A stretch of DNA of 64,000 bases from an uncultured Acidimicrobiia bacterium (GTDB lineage: Bacteria > Acidobacteriota > Terriglobia > Versatilivoradales > Versatilivoraceae). The notes beneath the pieces are model-generated. The model was not told where the DNA came from, made no database searches, and was given only the letters and a program-made list of their open reading frames with translations. Position 1 is the stretch's first letter; every line of letters starts with the position of its first letter. The translations under genes and the position numbers were made by a program. Below, piece after piece: positions 51,140 to 60,930 of this stretch. The stretch spans positions 32,001 through 96,000 of the forward strand of contig CAWBAT010000009.1 of assembly GCA_963786955.1 (NCBI GenBank). The letters are read 5' to 3'.

Positions 51140-52483
51140 TTACGATGCTTCCTTCTCAATTTCGGAAAAGACCTCGTCAAGAATTTCCAGCGCAACTTCA
51201 GCTTGCTCCCGATTCACAATGAGCGGCGGCATCAGTCGCAGACTGTTCTCTCCACAGCCCAGGATCAAAAGCCCTTTTTTGAAACATTTTTGTACGGCTG
51301 TGTCCCTCCAATCTCCAGCCCTTATTTTAGTGTGCCTGTCTTTGACCAATTCGATTCCAATCATCAAGCCCAGGCCACGGACATCCCCAATCATCAGGTG
51401 CCTGTCCGATAGGGTCCGCAAACCGGCAGTTAACATGGCGCCCATGTCCGCCGCATTCTGCATCAGTCCTTCCTCAAGCAAACGGATGGTTTCCAGTGCC
51501 GCCACACAGCTGATCGGGTTTCCGCCGAATGTAGAAGCATGGGACCCCGGCGACCAAGTCATGAGCCGGGAAGACGCCACGGTGGCCCCCAACGGGAGGC
51601 CTGATGCAATTCCTTTGGCAATCGCGATAATGTCAGGAACGACGCCGAAATGCTCAATGGCGAACATCTTGCCGGTTCGTCCCATGCCCGATTGAACTTC
51701 ATCAACAATAAGTAATATCCCGTATTTGTCGGCGGTCTTTCTTAAGTCCAACAGGAATTCCGAGGGCGGAACCACATACCCACCTTCTCCCTGAATGGGT
51801 TCGAAAACAATCGCAGCCACCTCCTCCGGCGCAACCACGGTTTTGAAAACTGTTTCTTCAAGCACCCGCATACACACAGCGCCACAGCCCTGAGTTCCCG
51901 ATCCATGCGGGCAGCGATAGGTTGAAGGAAACGGGATATGCGTGACCCCTTCCAAAAAAGGTCCGAACCTTTTCCGCTGAACCGGTTTGCTGGCTGTCAA
52001 GGAGAGAGCCCCATAGGTTCTTCCGTGAAACGCATTGTAAAAAGCAATAAATCGATGGCGACCCGTGACGTATCGAGCCAATTTCATTGCGGCTTCAATG
52101 GCTTCCGTGCCGGAGTTTCCGAAATACACTTTTTTGTCATGATCTCCTGGCGTAATTTCAGCCAGCTTCTGTGCGAGTTGTGAAAGCTGCGGATAATAGA
52201 AATCTGTTCCCGACATGTGAATCAACCGGGCAGCTTGTTCTTGGATCGCCTGAACAATTCGGGGATGGCAATGACCGGTTGCGCACACGGCAATTCCTGC
52301 TGAAAAATCCAGAAATTGGTTGCCATCCATGTCCGTGACACACATTCCCAGGGCTTCTCTTGCCACGAACGGATAGGGACGACTGTACGACGGGGAAACG
52401 TATTGACGGTCTTGATCCAGCACCATGCGAGACTTGGGGCCTGGCAATTCCGTTGTGATTTTAATCCATTGATTCTGGGTCAT
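51140..52483 (-). CDS. Class III PLP aminotransferase (4-aminobutyrate/acetylornithine aminotransferase-like)
   Basis: LDFSAGIA, NSGTEAIE, FHGRT, EPIQGEGG, DEVQSGMGRTG, AKGIASG, STFGGNP. Confidence 0.92.
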   Translation of the reverse strand: MTQNQWIKITTELPGPKSRMVLDQDRQYVSPSYSRPYPFVAREALGMCVTDMDGNQFLDFSAGIAVCATGHCHPRIVQAIQEQAARLIHMSGTDFYYPQLSQLAQKLAEITPGDHDKKVYFGNSGTEAIEAAMKLARYVTGRHRFIAFYNAFHGRTYGALSLTASKPVQRKRFGPFLEGVTHIPFPSTYRCPHGSGTQGCGAVCMRVLEETVFKTVVAPEEVAAIVFEPIQGEGGYVVPPSEFLLDLRKTADKYGILLIVDEVQSGMGRTGKMFAIEHFGVVPDIIAIAKGIASGLPLGATVASSRLMTWSPGSHASTFGGNPISCVAALETIRLLEEGLMQNAADMGAMLTAGLRTLSDRHLMIGDVRGLGLMIGIELVKDRHTKIRAGDWRDTAVQKCFKKGLLILGCGENSLRLMPPLIVNREQAEVALEILDEVFSEIEKEAS

Positions 52484-52637
52484 GGGGTTGTCCTTTCCGC
52501 AAGAAGCGATGTACTGGGGATGAACGGGAAAGGGAGGACAAGTTAAGAAGCGCGAAAAAGCGACGGGCGCTCGGAGGAGGGAAGCAAACAAGGCCAACAG
52601 GGTCGGAGCAACTCCGTCTTAACGGGTTTCATCGGGG

Positions 52638-54029
52638 TCAACTCTTTTTCCATCGAACACCATCCTTGGTATCTTCAATGATATACCCCATTTCCAAAAT
52701 CTGATCACGAATCTTGTCCGCCAGTGCATAGTTTCTGGCTCCCCGCGCCTGGTTGCGATCTTCGATGAGCTGTCGAATTTTCTCGTCGGGAGTCCCTTCC
52801 TGCGGCCGCCACAGGACCAGAACCTCATTGATTCGATGCATGACACTTAACGCTGCGGAACGATCATCCTCACCAATCGCGCCCTCCGCCCCCGCTGTAT
52901 TGAGGTCTCGGACCCAATCGAAAATGGCGGCCAACGCCTGGGCGGTGTTGAGATCGTCGTCCATGGCTCGCTCGAATGACTCGAGCACGGATGCATTCAA
53001 TTCCTGGATCCTTGCATTTGAGCCAGGTTTCAGTTTGGCCGTCGTTAAGCCGAGCCGACAATCTTCCAATCGATCGAGGGAGCTCTCGGCCTGCCGTAGC
53101 AAATCGAAGCTGAAGTTCAACTGACGCTTGTAGGGAACACTCTGGAGTGCATAACGAACTTGCCAGGGGTCAATTCCCCGCCCCATCAGGTCCCGCAACG
53201 TGAAGAAGTTGCCCTTTGATTTCGCCATCTTCTCGCCATCAACAATTAAATGTTCTCCGTGTACCCAATATCTTACAAACGACTTCCCGCTAGCCCCCTC
53301 ACTTTGAGCAATTTCATTTTCATGATGGGGGAAAATCAAATCTACGGCCCCACAATGAATGTCGAAGCTTTCTCCTAGGTACTTCATACTCATCGCCGAG
53401 CATTCAATATGCCAACCGGGGCGTCCTGGGCCAAATGGAGATTCCCAAAAAGGCTCCCCATCGCGAGTGGATTTCCACAAAACGAAATCCCGAGCATCCT
53501 GCTTGTCGTATTCGTCCACATCGACTCGAGCACCAGCCAGGAGACCGGTTACATCGAGTTTCGATAACTTCCCATAGTCCCGAAACGAAGCAATCTTGAA
53601 GTAAACCGAACCATCCTTTTCATAGGTATGGCCATTTTCCTTCAGGCGCTGGATCAAGGTTAACATCTCTTGAATATGGTCGGTCGCGTGCGCTACCTTA
53701 TCGGGAACCTGAATGTTGAGTTGATCACAGTCTTCAAAAAAAGCCTGGGTGAAGCGATCGGTATATTCCCTGAGTTTCTTAGGCTCATCTGCGTGGGAAT
53801 TTCGAATCGTCTTGTCGTCGACATCGGTAATATTCATCACATGATAGACGGGGTACGCCTTATACCGAAGAAACCGCTTCAAGACGTCAATAAATATAAA
53901 GGTGCGGAAATTCCCGATATGGGCAAAATCATAAACGGTGGGTCCGCAACTGTACATCCGGACCTCGTCTTTTTGAAGCGGATGGAATTCTTCAACTTGT
54001 CCGGTCAGGGTGTTTGAAATTTTCATCAT
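52638..54029 (-). CDS. cysS: Cysteine--tRNA ligase
   Basis: CGPTVY..AHIGN, DFVLWK, GRPGWHIECS, DLIFPHHENE, KMAKS. Confidence 0.97.
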   Translation of the reverse strand: MMKISNTLTGQVEEFHPLQKDEVRMYSCGPTVYDFAHIGNFRTFIFIDVLKRFLRYKAYPVYHVMNITDVDDKTIRNSHADEPKKLREYTDRFTQAFFEDCDQLNIQVPDKVAHATDHIQEMLTLIQRLKENGHTYEKDGSVYFKIASFRDYGKLSKLDVTGLLAGARVDVDEYDKQDARDFVLWKSTRDGEPFWESPFGPGRPGWHIECSAMSMKYLGESFDIHCGAVDLIFPHHENEIAQSEGASGKSFVRYWVHGEHLIVDGEKMAKSKGNFFTLRDLMGRGIDPWQVRYALQSVPYKRQLNFSFDLLRQAESSLDRLEDCRLGLTTAKLKPGSNARIQELNASVLESFERAMDDDLNTAQALAAIFDWVRDLNTAGAEGAIGEDDRSAALSVMHRINEVLVLWRPQEGTPDEKIRQLIEDRNQARGARNYALADKIRDQILEMGYIIEDTKDGVRWKKS

Positions 54030-54112
54030 GAGTCACTTTCCGTTTCTGCAGCTTCCCGCAGAGGATAGACTTCCATCCCCGAAAAGTCAATATGGGTGGG
54101 CGTAGAGACAGA

Positions 54113-54141
54113 TTGACAAAACCATTTCTGCTAACTATAGT
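54113..54141 (+). promoter_or_regulatory. sigma70 promoter of the sensor kinase operon
   Basis: TTGACA-N17-TATAGT; the -10 overlaps the inverted repeat CTAACT-N8-AGTTAG (54131-54150). Confidence 0.65.
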
Positions 54142-54288
54142 TTCAGTTAGTATATTCAGACAAAGTGCATGAGGAACAAGGGCCACTTTGCGCGCTAAGC
54201 TCAATTCTCACACCCGTTAATCTATGATCGCTGCAACGAGCCGGTGAGACCCTCCCCTAGACTCGCCGCTGCTCGTATAGGACGTCGT

Positions 54289-56163
54289 ATGAAGAGAATA
54301 CAGTCTCAAGGGAACGGCTCACGCTCATACCATCCCGGGACGAGATACCTTTCTGCGCGCTCGCTGCTGGCACTCTGTTTCCTTGTTCTTATTGCATGTG
54401 GTCATGTTGCGCTGGCTGCCGAGTCGGGACAACAGAAGAACATCCTGGTCCTGTACAGCTTCTCCGACCGCGGCGTATTTGATCCGCTGGAACGTCTCAA
54501 GTCGGCGATTCGATCTCGTCTCAACTTGCCGGTGAATTTCTATGTGCATTACATGGAGGCACAAGGATTTGAAGATCCGAATTACGAACGGAGCCTGAGC
54601 GAAACTTTGAGCCACGAGTATAGTGGCGTGAAATTAGACTTAGTGATCGTCGCAGCCTATCCGGCGCTTCAATTCGCTGTGAGATATCGCGATCACATTT
54701 TCCCGGGTGTCCCAGTGCTATTCAGGTCTGTCCACGACGGCAGGTTAGAGGGCAAGCATTTATGGCCCGGTGTAACCGGAGTGACGATTTCCATAGGAGT
54801 TCGTGAAACATTAGACCTCTCCTTTAGACTTCATCCGGGCACGCAAATTCTCGCAGTTGTCACAGGGACCTCGGAATTTGAGAGGTACTGGCAGGCGGCG
54901 ATTCGTAATGAGTTCCGTCTGTATGCCGGCAAGGTGAAGCTCATCGAGATCGTGGGACTTCGGAATGACGAGATTCTCAAGCAGGTCGCCGTGCTTCCTG
55001 CTAACACCGTGGTTTTCTTTCAAGTTGCGCCCAGGGATTCGACGCAGCCTGAAGTCGGCGTCTATGACACTATGGCAGCGATCAGCCAGCGTTTCCCGAC
55101 ATACAGCATCTTTGGGAACTATTGCATTGATCATGGTGGTATTGGCGGGTCGTCTGCGGATAACGGTGAGCAAAGTTCGAAAACCGCCGAAATGGCCGCC
55201 CGACTCCTTTCTGGCGAGAAACCCGAGAACATCCCGGTCGCGCACGGCCCCGCGCCCCGCCCTATTGTCGATTGGCGCCAGCTTCGCCGGTGGAACATAC
55301 CCGAGTCGGCTCTTCCGCCCGCCACCATCGTTTTGTATCGCCAGCCAACGGCCTGGGGACGATACCAGAAGTACATCCTTGCCGGAGTCGCGGTGATCAT
55401 CCTCCAGTCTTTGTTGATCGCTGGATTGCTGTGGCATCGCGCCCAAAAGAGGTCTGCAACGGAAGATCTCAAAGCCCTTGGTGGGCGTTTACTTAATGCC
55501 CAAGAGGAAGAACGCACTCGCATCGCCAGGGAGCTTCACGACGACTTCAGTCAGCGATTGGCAGTTCAGTGTATTGAGCTCGAACAGCTACACAATGACC
55601 TCCCCGAGTCAGAAGCTGAGAAACGAGCCCGGGCATTGACAATACTGAAGGAGACAAAGGAAATGTCTGCGGACATTCGTTCTCTCTCTCATCAACTCCA
55701 TTCCAGTAGGCTGGAGCTTGTAGGACTAGTGCCGGCTCTCAGTGGTCTTTGTGAAGAAATCACTAAGAAATACAAGATCGCAGTTCGTTTTACGGAGCCT
55801 GAATTTCCTCCTAATCTCAGAAAGGATGTGGAACTGTGTCTATTCCGAGTCGCCCAGGAAGCGCTTGCCAACATCGTTAAGCATAGTCAGGCGAGTAGCG
55901 CGCACATTGAACTCCGTGCCAACGCGAATGGCGTCAGACTTCACATCTCGGATCCGGGCAAGGGATTTGACCCTGACTTGAAAAGAACGAGTGCAGGAAT
56001 CGGATTGATGAGTATGAGCGAGAGGCTGCGGCTTTTTGGTGGCAGGTTTTCGGTACATTCGGAACTCATGCGAGGGACAGAAGTTCTCGCCGAAATACCC
56101 ATCTCCGCCTCCGCGAAACAAGCACAAGCAACTAAGCACAAAGCGGGGGGGATGGAATCTTGA
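54289..56163 (+). CDS. Sensor histidine kinase (periplasmic ABC-type substrate-binding-like domain + HisKA_3/HATPase)
   Basis: Signal/TM, DWRQLRRWNI, TM, ERTRIARELHDD, QEALANIVKH, D.GKGFD, GIGLMSM.ER. Confidence 0.9.
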   Translation: MKRIQSQGNGSRSYHPGTRYLSARSLLALCFLVLIACGHVALAAESGQQKNILVLYSFSDRGVFDPLERLKSAIRSRLNLPVNFYVHYMEAQGFEDPNYERSLSETLSHEYSGVKLDLVIVAAYPALQFAVRYRDHIFPGVPVLFRSVHDGRLEGKHLWPGVTGVTISIGVRETLDLSFRLHPGTQILAVVTGTSEFERYWQAAIRNEFRLYAGKVKLIEIVGLRNDEILKQVAVLPANTVVFFQVAPRDSTQPEVGVYDTMAAISQRFPTYSIFGNYCIDHGGIGGSSADNGEQSSKTAEMAARLLSGEKPENIPVAHGPAPRPIVDWRQLRRWNIPESALPPATIVLYRQPTAWGRYQKYILAGVAVIILQSLLIAGLLWHRAQKRSATEDLKALGGRLLNAQEEERTRIARELHDDFSQRLAVQCIELEQLHNDLPESEAEKRARALTILKETKEMSADIRSLSHQLHSSRLELVGLVPALSGLCEEITKKYKIAVRFTEPEFPPNLRKDVELCLFRVAQEALANIVKHSQASSAHIELRANANGVRLHISDPGKGFDPDLKRTSAGIGLMSMSERLRLFGGRFSVHSELMRGTEVLAEIPISASAKQAQATKHKAGGMES

Positions 56164-56799
56164 GTCGGCCACGTGTACTACTGGCAGATGACCATCGGAT
56201 GTTGACAGATGCGTTGAAGAGCCTTTTGGAGCCTCGTTGCGAAGTTGTGGGCACGGTGAGTGATGGGCGGGCACTTGTTGAGGCAGCGGGCAAATTGCAA
56301 CCTGACATCGTTGTGCTGGACATTGCCATGCCCTGTTTGAACGGGCTCGACGCTGCCAGACAACTCAAGGCCAAGCTGCCCAAATTAAAACTTATCTTCA
56401 TGACCATGCATGAAGACCCTTATCTTGTGGGGGGAGGCCTTTCGGGCCGGTGGCTCTGCATTTCTACTGAAGGAGGCGGCAGCGTCAGAGCTGGCCGCTG
56501 CGCTTGACCAAGTCTTGAAAGGCAGTTCCTACGTAACACCAAGCGCCGCCGAAAGCTTGACCACTATCTCCCTGCGCGACCCTAAGAACCGGCACCATGC
56601 CCCGCAACCCACTGCTCGACAGCGGGAAGTCATTCAACTATTGGCGGAAGGATTCTCCATGAAGGAAGTAGCCGACGCGTTGAAAATCTCCATTCGAACC
56701 GTGGCGGGGCACAAATACGCCGTTATGGAACTCCTGCAATTGAAGACCAACGCCGAACTGGTCCAATACGCCATCAAGCACAGCATCATCTCGATCTAA
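56160..56799 (+). CDS. NarL/LuxR-family response regulator, frameshifted at the G6 run 56429-56434
   Basis: Receiver LLADDH...VVLDIAMP.LNG in 56160-56507; AFRAGG.AFLLKE and LuxR HTH TARQREVIQLLAEG in 56410-56799; removing one G fuses the two. Confidence 0.85.
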
Positions 56800-56918
56800 C
56801 TAGCTTCAGCGAATTTTCCTGCCGCACCGTCAGAACTACCTATAGACAACCTCCTCGATCGCGCGTAAGGTCGGTCCGCGCGCAAATAAAGTGACCTCCA
56901 AGCAAAAAGGTATTCTGG

Positions 56919-57392
56919 ATGCCAAATATGCCCCGAAACTCTGTTCCCGGGGAGGAACTGATAAACAGCTCAGGTGTGCTCTCAGCGCTGCCAAGGCGAG
57001 TACTCGTGGTGGATGATCAGCCTCGCATATTGGAATTAGTAGCCGCAATGTTGAGGAAGTCATTCGATGTCGTTGGCTTGGTCTCCGACGGGCCAGCGGC
57101 TCTGGATGCCACGCTGATGCTCGATCCCGATCTGGTCGTCTTGGACATTTCAATGCCAGGTATTAGCGGGATAGAAGTCGCCAGGGAACTCAGAAAACGC
57201 GCGAGTACCGCCAAGATCGTCTTTATCACGGGTCATGAGGACTCTCAGATTGTGGCGAGTTGCCTTGCGGCGGGTGGACTTGGCTTTGTCGTGAAACAGC
57301 TCATGAATAGCGACCTGATTCCCGCCATGAATGAAGCTCTTGCTGGTCGGGTATTCGTCTCCCGTTTCTCTTCTGAGCAAGCATCGCCTTAA
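56919..57392 (+). CDS. Single-domain response regulator (receiver only)
   Basis: VLVVDD, VVLDISMPGISG, FITGH, FVVK. Confidence 0.88.
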   Translation: MPNMPRNSVPGEELINSSGVLSALPRRVLVVDDQPRILELVAAMLRKSFDVVGLVSDGPAALDATLMLDPDLVVLDISMPGISGIEVARELRKRASTAKIVFITGHEDSQIVASCLAAGGLGFVVKQLMNSDLIPAMNEALAGRVFVSRFSSEQASP

Positions 57393-57537
57393 GGACAAAG
57401 AGTGATTTTCCAAACGTAGTCCAGAGCATGGGATCATGAAAGGGGCAGCAGACCAGGCAAGACTGGGAAAGAGGGTGCCTCCGGGGAGCGAGTGACGGCG
57501 GTCACCCGCGACCGCGGCCCTGGGTTTTGAAAAAGGG

Positions 57538-57589
57538 CTGGGTGGTGAAGACATGCGTCGTATGCATGTCTTCGAATAACAGTGCCTGG
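57538..57589 (+). repeat. Dispersed hairpin element, copy B
   Basis: GGGTGGT-GAAGACATGC-gtcgtat-GCATGTCTTC-GAATAACAGTGCCTGG. Confidence 0.8.
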
Positions 57590-57629
57590 TGGCCATGCAG
57601 ATCTCTTTACGCGAGGAGTGGATGTTTTC

Positions 57630-57782
57630 ATTGCGAAATGCGGATTGCGAATTGAAGAACGGTTCATCGGTTTCATTCCCGTTATGACCAACGGGTTTTC
57701 TGGTTTGGATGATGAGCCTAGCTGGGCTCTCGAGTCATGAGTGATACTTCAAATCCGAAATCGACAACCCGAAATCTGCAAT
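57630..57782. repeat. Inverted pair of degenerate heptamer arrays
   Basis: ATTGCGA AATGCGG ATTGCGA ATTGAAG (57630-57657) faces CTTCAAAT CCGAAAT CGACAAC CCGAAAT CTGCAAT (57747-57782). Confidence 0.55.
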
Positions 57783-58000
57783 TCAACTGCCCACGGCTCA
57801 CACAAAACACCCGCCGTAGCACCCCTAGGAAGGAATTTGCACGGATGGGTTTTAAAGTTCAATGAGTTTAAAGGAGCCCTGTGAAGGGAGGTGAGAAGTC
57901 ATCTAGGAGCCCATATTAGACAATCAACGGGTGTTGAAGAAAACGAAACAGCAAACAAATTGAGGTCGTAATAAAGCGAAAGAGAAACTGAGGAGAGAAA

Positions 58001-59647
58001 ATGAAAAACCTTACAGAAATTCGATCGATGCTATTTATTTTGGTTGCGGTTGTGGCGCTGGCAGCAGGGCCGGCCGCAGCGCAGAAGAAACCCAATATCC
58101 TTTTTATCGTATCCGACGACACCGGCTACGGCGACCTCGGGCCCTATGGCGGCGGCGTTGGACGTGGCATGCCCACTCCTAACGTTGACCGGCTGGCAAA
58201 AAATGGCATGCAGTTCTGGTCGTTTTACGCTCAACCAAGTTGCACGCCGGGCCGTGCGGCAATGCAGACCGGACGCATCCCGAATCGCAGCGGCATGACC
58301 ACAGTGGCCTTCCAGGGCCAGGGCGGCGGACTGCCGGCGGCGGAGTGGACGCTCGGATCAGTGCTCAAGACCGCCGGCTACAAGACCTACTTCACCGGCA
58401 AGTGGCATCTCGGCGAAGCGGACTATGCGCTGCCCAATGCGCAAGGCTATGACGTGATGAAGCACGCCTTCCTTTACCACTGTAACGCTTACACCTATGG
58501 CGACCCGGAGTGGTTTCCTGACATGGACCCAAAGCTCCGCGAGATGTTCAACAAGGTGACGAAGGGTTCGATGTCCGGCAACGCGGGCCAACCGGCGAAG
58601 GAGGACTTCAAGGTCAACGGGCAATACGTGGACACGCCGGAAAAGGGCCTCATCGGCATTCCATTCATGGACAAATATGTTGCGCAATCCGGGATGGAGT
58701 TCCTGGAGGATGCGGCGAAGAACCCGGACAAGCCCTTCTTCATCAACATCAACTTCATGAAGGTTCACCAGCCGAACATGCCGGCGCCTGAGTTTATCCA
58801 CAAATCCATGTCAAAGAGCAAGTATGCCGACTCGGTTGTGGAACTCGATGCGCATATCGGGATGATCATGGACAAGCTGCACGCGCTCGGTTTGGACAAG
58901 AACACCCTCGTGTTCTACACGACCGATAACGGCGCGTGGCAGGATGTCTACCCAGATGCCGGTTACACGCCGTTTCGCGGCACCAAGGGAACGGTGCGCG
59001 AAGGCGGCAGTCGTGTACCCGCATTCGCCGTTTGGCCTGGTAAGATCGCGCCCAGCTCATCAAGCCACGACATCGTCGGAGGTCTGGACATAATGGCGAC
59101 GTTTGCCTCCGTGGCCGGTGTGAAGTTGCCGGAAAAGGATCGCGAAGGCGTGCCGATCATCTTCGACAGCTACGACATGACACCGCTTCTGACTGGCACC
59201 GGCAAGTGCGCCCGCAATTCTTGGTTCTACTTCACCGAGAACGAACTCTCGCCTGGGGCCACACGCGTCGGCAATTACAAGGCGTGCTTTAATCTGCGCG
59301 GCGACGACGGCGCACAGACCGGCGGCCTCGCAGTGGATTCCAACCTCGGTTGGAAGGGCGCGGAAAAGTACGTTGCGATTGTGCCGCAGGTGTTCGACCT
59401 GTGGCAGGACCCGCAGGAGCGCTACGATATCTTCATGAACAACTACACTGAGAGAACCTGGACGATGGTGACGATCAGCCAGGCAATTCAAGACCTGATG
59501 AAGACTTACGTTCAGTATCCGCCCCGCAAGATGCAGAGCGAGGGATACAATGGCCCGATCACACTTTCGGGTTATGAGAAGTTCGAGTGGATGAGGGAAC
59601 AACTCAAGAAAGGTGGCGTCAACCTAGCGTTACCGACGGGCAACTAG
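58001..59647 (+). CDS. Arylsulfatase (Cys-type, formylglycine-dependent), secreted
   Basis: GAGGAG RBS, signal peptide, KPNILFIVSDD.GYGD, SCTPGRAA (CxPxR), GKWHLG, TDNG, EGG.RVP. Confidence 0.93.
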   Translation: MKNLTEIRSMLFILVAVVALAAGPAAAQKKPNILFIVSDDTGYGDLGPYGGGVGRGMPTPNVDRLAKNGMQFWSFYAQPSCTPGRAAMQTGRIPNRSGMTTVAFQGQGGGLPAAEWTLGSVLKTAGYKTYFTGKWHLGEADYALPNAQGYDVMKHAFLYHCNAYTYGDPEWFPDMDPKLREMFNKVTKGSMSGNAGQPAKEDFKVNGQYVDTPEKGLIGIPFMDKYVAQSGMEFLEDAAKNPDKPFFININFMKVHQPNMPAPEFIHKSMSKSKYADSVVELDAHIGMIMDKLHALGLDKNTLVFYTTDNGAWQDVYPDAGYTPFRGTKGTVREGGSRVPAFAVWPGKIAPSSSSHDIVGGLDIMATFASVAGVKLPEKDREGVPIIFDSYDMTPLLTGTGKCARNSWFYFTENELSPGATRVGNYKACFNLRGDDGAQTGGLAVDSNLGWKGAEKYVAIVPQVFDLWQDPQERYDIFMNNYTERTWTMVTISQAIQDLMKTYVQYPPRKMQSEGYNGPITLSGYEKFEWMREQLKKGGVNLALPTGN

Positions 59648-59670
59648 CCGGCCACTTCGGTTGTGAAACG

Positions 59671-59707
59671 CGCGGGCCGCGAGTCTCCGAACCGGATGCG
59701 GCCCGCG
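59671..59707 (+). terminator. GC-rich stem-loop after the sulfatase (terminator or stability element)
   Basis: CGCGGGCCGC / GCGGCCCGCG perfect 10-bp stem with a 17-nt loop; no immediate U tract. Confidence 0.4.
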
Positions 59708-59830
59708 AACTTGGGATTGATCTCGCCTATTTTTGCTTTTAATTAGTGATCGAAGGACATTCTCTGCTTTTGTGGAGGTCGAGCACCGGTGCATCGCCTT
59801 TACACTCGACGGCGCCGCAAGAGTAAATTC

Positions 59831-60538
59831 GTGATCCACTTTCAGCGGGCATGCCTGAGAATTGCATTGTTATTCTTCAACGCATGCATTCCTGTCTGCG
59901 CCCAATCCGTTCAGTTCGTGCCGGAGATTGACGGCCATCTTAAGCTCAATTCCGTCTTGCGAGCTTATCTGGAGGCCAAAGATGACCGGGATGCGGGCTC
60001 GCCAGACCAGTTCGGAATCGGTCCAAGTATTCAGCTCTATTTGAAACCCCTACTGAAACTGAAAGACATTACGGCATTTGACCTGGACGATTCAAAAAAA
60101 AGAACCTTGGTTTTGGAAACGGGATTCCGCCACATCATCGCTCCAAATGCGCGGTCGACAAACCGCATGCTCACAATGCTGACCTTTCACTTTCCGATTA
60201 AAGCGGGATTTCTAATTTCCGACAGGAACCGAGCGGACCTGGACTGGAAAAACGGAGAATTCACCTGGCGCTATCGGAATAAGCTGACGCTCGAACGCAC
60301 CTTTGCGATCCATTCCTATCATCTCATCCCGTATGTCGCTGCGGAACCCTATTACGAGAGCCAGTACGACAAATGGAGCACGACCGCCTTCTATGCCGGT
60401 TGCTTGTTCCCCGTGGGCAAACACGTTCAATTCAACGCCTACTATGAGCACGAAAACAACACGGGGAAAAGTCCTAATCAACAACAGAATGCCATTGGCC
60501 TGGCGCTCTATCTCTATTTTTCGATGGAAAAGAAATGA
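59831..60538 (+). CDS. DUF2490-like outer membrane beta-barrel protein
   Basis: Signal peptide, SDRNRAD, WRYRNKL.LE, PYVAAEPYY, amphipathic terminal strand GLALYLYF. Confidence 0.7.
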   Translation: MIHFQRACLRIALLFFNACIPVCAQSVQFVPEIDGHLKLNSVLRAYLEAKDDRDAGSPDQFGIGPSIQLYLKPLLKLKDITAFDLDDSKKRTLVLETGFRHIIAPNARSTNRMLTMLTFHFPIKAGFLISDRNRADLDWKNGEFTWRYRNKLTLERTFAIHSYHLIPYVAAEPYYESQYDKWSTTAFYAGCLFPVGKHVQFNAYYEHENNTGKSPNQQQNAIGLALYLYFSMEKK

Positions 60539-60607
60539 AGACTCAATTCATGAAAAGGCACCGATGAGATAACGCGAAAACGTGAGAAAGTTCTCTAGCG
60601 AGTCGCG

Positions 60608-60659
60608 CGGGTGGCGAAGACATGTGTCGTTTACATGTCTTCGAACAGAGTTGCCAGGG
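60608..60659 (+). repeat. Dispersed hairpin element, copy C
   Basis: CGGGTGG-CGAAGACATGT-gtcgttt-ACATGTCTTCG-AACAGAGTTGCCAGGG. Confidence 0.8.
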
Positions 60660-60930
60660 AGAGGGACATCCCCCTTAAACGGGGAATACCTCGCAGGGTG
60701 GCTTTCCGCGTTTCTGTGTTTACACCTCTTTTTATTCTGTGCTAGGCTGCGCCAACTTTGCATCTAGGATATTTCGATGAATGAGCGAAGGGGTAGCCTG
60801 TTTTCGTTTTTGTCATTGCCAGAGTTCTCGTTTCCGATCACACTCCATTCATTGCGCAGCGTGTGGAGGCCTCTCGCTTCCACTTCTTGAAGCAAAGGAA
60901 ATCACATCAACTCCTTCCAGGATATTGCCC

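Noticed and set aside
57538-60659. Hairpin repeats as a CRISPR array or integron attC sites
   Set aside because: Copies are kilobases apart with no spacer periodicity or cas genes; they lack RYYYAAC/GTTRRRY cores and no integrase is present.
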